Of a stretch of DNA of 64,000 nt, positions 57,701-63,960 are shown one piece after another (position 1 is the first letter of the stretch; each line of letters opens with the position of its first letter). Under the pieces are notes generated by a model. It was not told the origin of the DNA, did no database searches, and saw nothing but the letters and a program-made list of their open reading frames with translations. The stretch is from Chitinophagaceae bacterium (GTDB taxonomy: Bacteria; Bacteroidota; Bacteroidia; Chitinophagales; Chitinophagaceae), in assembly GCA_947455605.1 (NCBI GenBank), contig CANGOX010000008.1:112-64111 (forward strand), written 5' to 3'. The position numbers were made by a program, and so were the translations under genes.

Positions 57701-57894
57701 GCTACCGCAGCTGCAGCCGTGCTGAAACCGAGATACTTTAAAAAGTCCCTGCGTGGCGCTTTTGTTCCTAAAAAGCTTGCGCTTTCCTCAGACACAAAAG
57801 GAAGTTCTTCTTTGAATTCGTCTTTAACGTCTTTGTTGTAGGCTTCAGACTGATTCAGCTCTCCAAAACTTTGCCAGTGCTTTTTTTGCTCCAT
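54769..57894 (-). CDS. actB: Alternative complex III subunit ActB (molybdopterin-oxidoreductase-like domain fused to an Fe-S domain)
   Basis: Twin-arginine signal RRDFLKYLGFSTAAAA. Four Cys clusters (CTGCAACVVAC, CQHCDNAPCENVCP, CIGTRYCANNCP, CQQACP). 1041 aa. Lys/Glu-rich tail. Confidence 0.9.
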   Translation of the reverse strand: MEQKKHWQSFGELNQSEAYNKDVKDEFKEELPFVSEESASFLGTKAPRRDFLKYLGFSTAAAAVAASCEMPVKKAIPFANKPEDIVPGISKYYATTYVQDGDVVSVLAKVRDGRPIKIEGNDLSPLTKGGTSARVQASVLDLYDTARLRFPTIEGKEVTFEAIDKAVASSLSGPVVIVTSTITSPSTKEAISQFLAKYPGSRHVTYDAISYSGILLANEATYGKKAIPSYHFENAKAIVSIGADFLGTWLSPIEFAKQYATGKKLDEKNPEMSKHIHFESVASLTGSNADEKYLHRPSETGAVVAALLSAVNGQGAAGISDAKLKAGIEKAAKMLAANKGAALVVAGSNDVNVQIAVNAINEAIGAGGKTIDWSATSNIRQGVDADFAKLVEDMNAGSVGSLFIHGANPAYSWFDADKFKAALKKVKTTVSFNSKLDETAELCKFVIPDHNYLESWGDAEATTGHYSFLQPTIYPLFKTRQWQDSLLKWAGNPSDYLAFLKTFWSAKLGGESGWNKALQDGVLNPSAGTLASASFNSSAVANAVTALGSGKKGGKIELVLYEKIGIGAGQGAANPWLQELPDPVTRATWDNYVIVSPALAKTLLDIDLNNGGQADSYEVNPPKKVVKVTVNGKSVELPALIIPGTHPDTIAIAVGYGRSEKLGKSVVGTGKNAFPFATLSGASVSFVNTDVTIVSTGEKYPVALTQTHSRYDTEQGNRTEVMKELTLAAYKENPTEIRDEREAELKPYGGLEKFESQGTIYPVYDRPGIKWGMSVDLNTCTGCAACVVACNAENNVSVVGKPEVLRGHEMHWLRIDRYFSGDMDNPNVVFQPLMCQHCDNAPCENVCPVAATNHSSEGLNQMTYNRCIGTRYCANNCPYKVRRFNWADYTGADSFPNNQEGIVNDVVLDMNDDLTRMVLNPDVTVRSRGVIEKCSFCVQRLQEAKLKAKKESRPMVDSDLKVACQQACPTNAINFGNANDKQSSISKTRKENPNRQFYVLEQLHVLPNVTYMAKVRNADEAHEAGKEKKGAEKKEEKKEHA

Positions 57895-57900
57895 CTTCTT

Positions 57901-58061
57901 AATTTGAAAATTTGAGAATTTGAAAATTTGAAAATGCAGTTAGCTTATTTCAATTCTCTATTCTTATTCAATTATTTTTATAAAAGACTTGAAGACCTGA
58001 GGTTATCTGAAATCCGAAAATGTTCCATTTTCAAATTTTCAAATGCTCAAATTTTCAAATT
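57901..58061. repeat. 36-bp-arm stutter palindrome (TTTGAAAAT words) inside the act operon (actA-actB gap)
   Basis: 57901-57936 pairs 35/36 with 58026-58061, with an 89-nt loop. Confidence 0.95.
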
Positions 58062-58062
58062 A

Positions 58063-59319
58063 TTAATAGTGACATTTCTGACATTCGGTACCACCAATCT
58101 TTGCTACGGTAATGCCTTTGGTACTATCTAGCTTGCCGCTTTTCAGATCCTGATGGTATTTCTCATAAATACTGTAGAAACCATTGTCTTTGAACTGAAC
58201 CTGTGTAGTACGGTGACAGTTGATACACCAGCCCATGCTCAGGTCGGTAAACTGTTTTACCTCGTCCATTTTCTGGATCTCTCCGTGGCAGGTTTGACAG
58301 GCAACCTGGCCTGCTTTCACGTGCTGTGAGTGATTAAAGTAAACGTGGTCGGGCAGGTTGTGGATACGTGCCCACTCAACCGGTTTTGCTTTAGAAGCAT
58401 CCCATGGTTTGCCCTCTTCAAAACCGGCATATTTGTATAATTTCTTGATCTCTGCGGTAGCGTTCACTTCCTGGCCTTCTTCATTGTAGATCTTCTCTCC
58501 TTTATATTCATTGATCGCCATGTGGCAGTTCATACAAATATTTACAGAAGGGATGGTAGCCTGTTTGCCCTGGTAAACACCCACGTGGCAATACTGACAG
58601 TTGATCTGGTTGACACCAGCGTGAACTTTATGAGAGTAATAGATAGGCTGTTCGGGTTGGTAATCTTTGCTGCGGCCCAGTCCCATAGCTCCTACAGAGG
58701 TCCAGTAACCACCGATCACAAACAAGATCACAGTAACCAGCGCTATATAGCTTTTGTTCTTCCAGAAAGGAACGGGTTCAACTGAAGGATGTCCTTCACG
58801 GTCATCAGCCAGTTTCTTCAGGTTGGCATTTACCTGTAATAAGGTAAGGGCAACAACGGCGAGAATCAGGGTGAGGATACCGAATAATAAAGTGTTATCA
58901 CCTTCCTGACCTTTGGCATCAGCAGGATTGGCTGCTGTTGCAGGGCCTGTGCCCGGTGCAGGAACGGTTTTGATATAACCCAGGATGGCGTCTATTTCCT
59001 TATCAGTGAAGTTAGGAAACAGGTTCATCGCTGTTTTATTGTACTCATTGTACAGGTTATTGGCATAAGCATCTCCTGTTTTCAGGAAAGCGGCGCTGTT
59101 CTTGATCCAGGCATGCAGCTTGGTCTTATCGGGCCAACGATCTTCCACACCGGCAAGGGCCGGGCCGGTCATTTTTTTGTTTACTGCGTGGCAGGAAGCA
59201 CAATTTGTCTGAAACAGGGTTTTCCCGTCTTGTGCATTTGCTGAAGTACCCAATAATAAACTAAGGGAAAGGATGGTTCCGGTTAAACAGGTCTTGGCTA
59301 AACGTCTAAAAGATATCAT
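58063..59319 (-). CDS. actA: Alternative complex III subunit ActA (multiheme cytochrome c) with an extra N-terminal cytochrome c domain
   Basis: Six CxxCH motifs (CASCH, CQYCH, CMNCH, CQTCH, CINCH, CQKCH). Signal peptide from ATG 59319. Two TM helices separate the first heme domain from the pentaheme domain. The ORF is open to 59385. Confidence 0.85.
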   Translation of the reverse strand: MISFRRLAKTCLTGTILSLSLLLGTSANAQDGKTLFQTNCASCHAVNKKMTGPALAGVEDRWPDKTKLHAWIKNSAAFLKTGDAYANNLYNEYNKTAMNLFPNFTDKEIDAILGYIKTVPAPGTGPATAANPADAKGQEGDNTLLFGILTLILAVVALTLLQVNANLKKLADDREGHPSVEPVPFWKNKSYIALVTVILFVIGGYWTSVGAMGLGRSKDYQPEQPIYYSHKVHAGVNQINCQYCHVGVYQGKQATIPSVNICMNCHMAINEYKGEKIYNEEGQEVNATAEIKKLYKYAGFEEGKPWDASKAKPVEWARIHNLPDHVYFNHSQHVKAGQVACQTCHGEIQKMDEVKQFTDLSMGWCINCHRTTQVQFKDNGFYSIYEKYHQDLKSGKLDSTKGITVAKIGGTECQKCHY

Positions 59320-59555
59320 ATTCACAAAACTGTGGTTCTTGGTGTGGAAAAATATCCGTGAACGGCAGCAAAAATATGACACCATGCTGACAAAAACGCA
59401 ACAAGTAAAAAATTTTTTTAGCCTTATCTGGCTTGCGTTTCAGCGGATTGGGAGTATATAGTTTAAAAACATGTCATGCTTTTGATGTGGATTTGACTCA
59501 AACCTCTTACTTCTTTCGTAAAAGATTACTCGAATATTTATCCCATTTTTGGACC

Positions 59556-60506
59556 ATGTTTATACGCCTGCAGGAAAAATGGGGGGTTAGTACCCGTCAA
59601 TTCTGGATTCTTTTCATCGTTTTTGGTCTTACGGGCTGTACCACGGCCGTTCTTACCCGTTATATTACTGCCTGGCTGGGCATGGATGCCGGTACTTTCT
59701 GGGTATGGAAGGTGCTTTTAAGGGTGGGTATGCTTGTTTTTGGCTATCAGTTCATCCTTTTAGGCTATGGAGCTTTGTTGGGGCAGTGGGCGTTTTTCTG
59801 GAAATATGAGAAGAAGCTGCTTCAGAAGTTAGGAGTTAGGAGTCTGGAGTCTGAAGTTGAAAGAACACGGCAACTTACCACTAAAAACAAACTCCCAACT
59901 CCAGACTCCAGACTCCAGACTAAGCAAATCGCCATTTTTGCTTCGGGGGCGGGGTCTAATGCGGAGAAGATCATTGGGTATCTGACAGGCCATCCTTCTG
60001 TTCAAGTGTCTTTAATAGTATGTAATAAGCCCGGTGCCGGGGTCATTTCCATTGCAGAGAACCATGGGATCCCGGTTTTACTGATCGAAAAAGAGCGTTT
60101 TTTCAGGGGGGATAGCTATTTGCCCGATCTGAAAGCTGCCGCAATCGATTTTATTGTATTGGCCGGTTTCCTTTGGAAGGTACCCGAGGCACTGATCGCG
60201 GCTTATCCTGATCAGATCATTAATATACATCCGGCCTTATTACCCAATTATGGCGGAAAAGGGATGTATGGGATGAAAGTGCATGAGGCAGTGATCGCTG
60301 CGGGAGAAAAAGAAAGTGGTATTACCATACATTATGTAAATGAGCATTTTGATGAGGGAACACCCATCTTCCAGGCAAAATGCATCATCGACGGCGGAGA
60401 TACGGCTGAAAGTCTTGCGCTGAAGATTCATGAGCTGGAACACAGGCATTTTCCTGAAGTGGTTGAGAGGGTGGTGAGTGGGAGTAAGTCCCCCCCGGCC
60501 CCCTGA
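59556..60506 (+). CDS. purN: Continuous ORF: 2-3-TM small membrane protein (about 95 aa), a repeat-encoded linker, then phosphoribosylglycinamide formyltransferase (PurN)
   Basis: PurN homology starts at KQIAIFASGAGSN (nt 59922), with HPALLPNYGG and IHYVNEHFDEG. There is no in-frame ATG/GTG/TTG and no stop between the membrane-protein part and PurN. The ORF is open from TTG 59433; ATG 59556 is preferred. Confidence 0.7.
   Translation: MFIRLQEKWGVSTRQFWILFIVFGLTGCTTAVLTRYITAWLGMDAGTFWVWKVLLRVGMLVFGYQFILLGYGALLGQWAFFWKYEKKLLQKLGVRSLESEVERTRQLTTKNKLPTPDSRLQTKQIAIFASGAGSNAEKIIGYLTGHPSVQVSLIVCNKPGAGVISIAENHGIPVLLIEKERFFRGDSYLPDLKAAAIDFIVLAGFLWKVPEALIAAYPDQIINIHPALLPNYGGKGMYGMKVHEAVIAAGEKESGITIHYVNEHFDEGTPIFQAKCIIDGGDTAESLALKIHELEHRHFPEVVERVVSGSKSPPAP
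59831..59924. repeat. Stutter palindrome of the GGAGTCTGGAGT family lying inside the ORF
   Basis: ggagtctggagtctg (59839-53) pairs 15/15 with cagactccagactcc (59902-16). The last ccagact unit ends at 59921, directly abutting the first PurN codon. Confidence 0.85.
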
Positions 60507-60512
60507 CTCTTG

Positions 60513-60544
60513 CGCTCCCCCTTCAGTGCAGGCGCGAAGGGGAG
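60513..60544 (+). terminator. GC hairpin after purN (weak terminator)
   Basis: gcgctcccccttc ... gaaggggag with one bulge. The downstream T tract is poor. Confidence 0.4.
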
Positions 60545-60615
60545 TTATATTGTTTTCATATTAAATTTTGTTTTCTGTTTTTAGTTTGAGAACTTAAGTG
60601 CCTAATTATGCACTT

Positions 60616-61890
60616 ATGAGAAAAGTATTGCTTGTTTTTGTTCTGACTGTTTTTTTGAATGTCTTCTTTTTGTCTGCTCAGGTTTTGAAACCGGGCGTGC
60701 CGGAGCAGAATCATTTTTCTACCGAACGTTTACAGCGGATCGATAAACTGGTACAACAGTATATAGACAGTAACTGGATTGCCGGCGCGATCGCGATCGT
60801 GGCGCATGATGGAAATATTGTGTATCATAAAGCCATTGGGTATGATGACAAAGAGAAGAACAAACCCTTACAGAAAGATGCAATCTGGCGGATCGCCTCA
60901 CAAACAAAAGCCATCACCAGTGTGGCAGTGATGATGCTGTTTGAAGATGGGAAAATATTATTGGATGAACCTATCTCCAAATACATACCGCAATTTAAAA
61001 AGCCCGTAGTGCTTGATAAATTTAATAAAGCGGATACAACCTATACCACAATTCCAGCGAAAAGAGAAATCACTATCCGCGATCTGCTCACGCATACATC
61101 GGGTGTGGGTTATGCGCAGATAGGCAGTGAGACTATGAATGCGATCTATTCCAAAGCGGGTGTGGTTGGGGGTATTGGATTGAAAGGTGGTTTACTTGCC
61201 GATAATATTAAAAAGCTTGGTTCGCTTCCGCTGGTGCATCAGCCGGGTGAAAAATTCACATACGGTTTGAATACGGATATCCTGGGTTATTTAGTGGAAG
61301 TAGTAAGTGGTTTAACTCTTGATAAGTTTTTCCGGAAAAATATTTTTGATCCGTTGGGCATGAAGGATACTTATTTCTATATCCCCAAAGAAAAACAGAA
61401 CCGTTTGGCGATGCTGCATTCGGATGATAAGACAAAGCATGTAGTGAACACGCCGGAACTGATCACCGTTAACGGAAATTTTTACCGCGACTATCCTATT
61501 CTGGAAGATGGCAGTTTTTATTCAGGCGGGGGCGGATTGGTTTCTACTGCGTATGATTATGCCATTTTTATGCAAATGCTGTTGAATGGTGGTGACTATA
61601 ACGGCAAACATATTCTGAGCAGAAATACGATCCGGTTAATGACCACTTCACAAACAGGCAATGATATGGGCATTAAATTCGGTTTAGGTTTTCAGGTAGT
61701 TACCGAAGGAGAAGCCGCTAGAACCACGGTTTCTCCCGGAAGTTTTTTCTGGGGTGGCATGTTTGCTTCTTCTTACTGGATAGATCCCAAAGAAAAAATA
61801 GTGGCGCAGTTTGTTTTACAGCAATATCCGTATAGTCATGGTGATCTTGCGGAGAAATTTAAGGTGGCGGTGTATCAGGCGTTGAAATAG
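60616..61890 (+). CDS. Serine hydrolase, beta-lactamase (class C/PBP4*-like) family
   Basis: SxxK (ASQTK) and Y-x-N (YGLN) motifs. Signal peptide from ATG 60616; the ORF is open from GTG 60598. Confidence 0.85.
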   Translation: MRKVLLVFVLTVFLNVFFLSAQVLKPGVPEQNHFSTERLQRIDKLVQQYIDSNWIAGAIAIVAHDGNIVYHKAIGYDDKEKNKPLQKDAIWRIASQTKAITSVAVMMLFEDGKILLDEPISKYIPQFKKPVVLDKFNKADTTYTTIPAKREITIRDLLTHTSGVGYAQIGSETMNAIYSKAGVVGGIGLKGGLLADNIKKLGSLPLVHQPGEKFTYGLNTDILGYLVEVVSGLTLDKFFRKNIFDPLGMKDTYFYIPKEKQNRLAMLHSDDKTKHVVNTPELITVNGNFYRDYPILEDGSFYSGGGGLVSTAYDYAIFMQMLLNGGDYNGKHILSRNTIRLMTTSQTGNDMGIKFGLGFQVVTEGEAARTTVSPGSFFWGGMFASSYWIDPKEKIVAQFVLQQYPYSHGDLAEKFKVAVYQALK

Positions 61891-61907
61891 TTTGTTGTGA
61901 ATGAAAC

Positions 61908-62047
61908 GTGAGACGTGAGACGTGAGACGTGAGACGTGAATCGTGAGACGTGAATCGTGAGACGTGAATCGTGAGACGTGAATCGTGAGACGTGAAACGT
62001 GAGACGTGAGTAGTGAGTAGTGAGTAGTGAGTAGTGAGTAGTGAGTA
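61908..62047. repeat. Tandem array of 20 x 7 nt (GTGAGAC x4; [GTGAATC GTGAGAC] x4; GTGAAAC GTGAGAC; GTGAGTA x6)
   Basis: Counted unit by unit; strict 7-nt register over 140 nt. Confidence 0.95.
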
Positions 62048-62065
62048 TATATTTAGATAAAAAAA

Positions 62066-62099
62066 GCATCGGACAAAATTTTGTCTGATGCTTTTTTTT
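62066..62099. terminator. Bidirectional rho-independent terminator
   Basis: gcatcggacaaa/tttgtctgatgc 12-bp stem (one G.U), A7 upstream, T8 downstream. Confidence 0.85.
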
Positions 62100-62108
62100 A
62101 TGGAGTTT

Positions 62109-62145
62109 CTTTTACTTATTACTTACAACTTACTACTTATCACTT
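62109..62145. repeat. Degenerate complementary stutter run (ACTTA/CTTAC words) opposite the 7-mer array
   Basis: cttttacttattacttacaacttactacttatcactt is a degenerate complement of the GTGAGTA units. Confidence 0.55.
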
Positions 62146-62351
62146 TACGGTTTTTTCTCACAGGTATTCGCGCCGAACAATGTGTATAGGGGGCAGAAAC
62201 TGATGAGGGAAGTGGCGAGGAAGATGGCGCCGAGTACCAGCAGAACCATGCCGAAAGTACCGGTTACTGTGCCGGTAAAATAGAGTGCCGAAAAAATAAT
62301 TGCCGCTATTACACGGATGATACGATCGAGGTTACCCATGTTCTTTTTCAT
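62145..62351 (-). CDS. DUF2892 (YgaP-like) small membrane protein
   Basis: MGNLDRIIRVIAAII...CPLYTLFG pattern. 68 aa, 2 TM helices. Confidence 0.75.
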   Translation of the reverse strand: MKKNMGNLDRIIRVIAAIIFSALYFTGTVTGTFGMVLLVLGAIFLATSLISFCPLYTLFGANTCEKKP

Positions 62352-62361
62352 ATGGTGGTTT

Positions 62362-62460
62362 TTAGTTTTTGCGAAAGCCTTTTGTTAATAATACGATCAC
62401 AAATACAATCAGCAGGCATGCCAGACAGGCCACGATCAGCTTTTGCCAATTGTTTTTCAT
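62362..62460 (-). CDS. Possible 32-aa single-TM micro-protein (below the ORF-track cutoff)
   Basis: ATG...TAA translates to MKNNWQKLIVACLACLLIVFVIVLLTKGFRKN. The stop lies 10 nt upstream of the DUF2892 ATG, on the same strand. Confidence 0.3.
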   Translation of the reverse strand: MKNNWQKLIVACLACLLIVFVIVLLTKGFRKN

Positions 62461-62579
62461 GTGGCAAATCTATCTAAACCGCGTAGAGCTTTTGCTGATG
62501 GGCGTCAGGGTAAGCTTCTGTTTGACGAGAAATAGCGGTGATTGTTGTCAGGTTGGTGGGCTGAAGCGTTTTCCGGCCG

Positions 62580-63230
62580 CTAGCCAGGCATTCTTGAAAT
62601 GTATTTCTCAATTTCTTTCACCTGATCCAGTACCTGCTTGGTTTTTGGCTTGCAGGCTTTGGCTCTGCGGAAGAAATCTTTCGCTGCCCTGAATTCCCTT
62701 TTATTCATAAAGATCTGGCACATGCTGAGATAAGCCACCGCTTCACTTTCTTTATCAGAGATACCGGCACGGATAGCGGCACGGATATAGTTCTCACCTT
62801 GCTTCAGATCGCCTCGCTGCATAGCCATCATACCCAGCTGCAGTTTATTGGCACCTTCTGCTTCAGGCATAGGCGAACCCAGATCGGAGCTCATTTTGAG
62901 GTGTTTTTCGGCAGAATCGAAATCCTGCTTCATCATGGCCAGGTTGCCTTTGATGGTATAATAAGTAGATCGTACAGGTTTATACAACAGACCGGGATAC
63001 CATATCGTAGCTAAAATCTTTTCTACTTCTTCTATATTACCCGCTTCCATGGGTTCCTGGATCAGACGCATGGGCCCTATAAAGAAATGGCTGGCCAGCG
63101 CGATCACTCCAATAAAATAAAGGATAAAAGAAGGCCAGAAACCGCTGGTTACATTCACCAGCACAGCCAGACCTATGGCCAATAAGCCCAACCAGAAACG
63201 ATACTTGATGATTATATTATAAAACTTCAT
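62580..63230 (-). CDS. Membrane-anchored TPR-like repeat protein
   Basis: Two N-terminal TM helices followed by helical repeats with a TPR-like A/G/Y pattern. Confidence 0.6.
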   Translation of the reverse strand: MKFYNIIIKYRFWLGLLAIGLAVLVNVTSGFWPSFILYFIGVIALASHFFIGPMRLIQEPMEAGNIEEVEKILATIWYPGLLYKPVRSTYYTIKGNLAMMKQDFDSAEKHLKMSSDLGSPMPEAEGANKLQLGMMAMQRGDLKQGENYIRAAIRAGISDKESEAVAYLSMCQIFMNKREFRAAKDFFRRAKACKPKTKQVLDQVKEIEKYISRMPG

Positions 63231-63264
63231 AGGTCATTTTTGAGAGGGGCAAAGATAGCGGAAA

Positions 63265-63294
63265 GTTTGGGGTTTGGAGTTTGGGGTTTGGAGT
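63265..63294. repeat. Stutter repeat GTTTGGGGTTTGGAGT x2
   Basis: gtttggggtttggagtttggggtttggagt, the complement of the word run at 7223-7281. Confidence 0.8.
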
Positions 63295-63307
63295 AAAAAA
63301 GGAAAAA

Positions 63308-63375
63308 GTCCATGGTCGATAGACCATAGTCCAAAGCTGATTCCTGCTATGGACCATCGACCATGAACTATGGAC
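63308..63375. repeat. Stutter palindrome (GGACCAT/ATAGACCAT words)
   Basis: gtccatggtcgatagaccatagtcc pairs with ctatggaccatcgaccatgaactatggac. Confidence 0.75.
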
Positions 63376-63381
63376 TCTCTA

Positions 63382-63858
63382 TTAATTCTTAGCATCATTC
63401 ACTTCTATCCAGTAGCCATCGGGATCGGTTACCCATACCTGTTTTACACCGTCTATACGGTTAGTGATCTCGCCTTTTACGCCTTTGGAGTTGTAGAAGG
63501 GTAGATTATTAGCTTTTACTTTTTGTACAAAAGCCTCGGTATTGGGTACACTAAAACAGGTATGCTGGTTAAGAAAGTATTCTTTGGGCTTATCTGCTCC
63601 CTGTATCACATGCATGGCTACGCCTGGGGCAATGGAATACCAGATATGTTTTCCATCATGAAAAGGCTCCGGAATGGTATCGAAGCCGAATAAGGCATCA
63701 TAAAAGGTTCTGGTTTTCTCCAGGTCTACCACAAAAATGGCTACGTGGTTGAGGACGGCTTTGGGCTTGGTTTGGGCCGTTGATTGGTTGGGAGTTAAAA
63801 GGGTTAAAGAGGTAAAAATGGTTAAAAGGGTTGCGAAAGCAGGTCGAAAGAGTTTCAT
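63382..63858 (-). CDS. VOC-family (glyoxalase/bleomycin-resistance/dioxygenase fold) protein with a signal peptide
   Basis: LNHVAIFVVDLEKTRTFY...GYWIEV pattern. N-terminal hydrophobic signal. Confidence 0.75.
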   Translation of the reverse strand: MKLFRPAFATLLTIFTSLTLLTPNQSTAQTKPKAVLNHVAIFVVDLEKTRTFYDALFGFDTIPEPFHDGKHIWYSIAPGVAMHVIQGADKPKEYFLNQHTCFSVPNTEAFVQKVKANNLPFYNSKGVKGEITNRIDGVKQVWVTDPDGYWIEVNDAKN

Positions 63859-63960
63859 GGGTTGTATTTATGCACTGAAAGTACTGAAGAATAAGGAATT
63901 AGCCCTCAAACCGAATCTCTTGCAGGCTGAATAGGAGAATCTATTATTTTTGCAGCCCTT

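Noticed and set aside
61908-62047. The regular tandem array might be a CRISPR array.
   Set aside because: The period is only 7 nt, there are no unique spacers, the units are contiguous, and no cas genes lie in the window. It is a microsatellite-like member of the stutter-repeat family.
61875-62069. 64-aa minus-strand ORF (HYSLLTTHYSRLTFHVSRFTSH...).
   Set aside because: It is simply the 7-nt tandem array read in frame. Its 21-nt periodic peptide is an artefact.
62369-62692. 107-aa + strand ORF between the DUF2892 and TPR genes.
   Set aside because: It is antisense to the candidate micro-ORF and to the 3' end of the TPR gene. It is Cys/Arg-rich with no motif and no plausible promoter.
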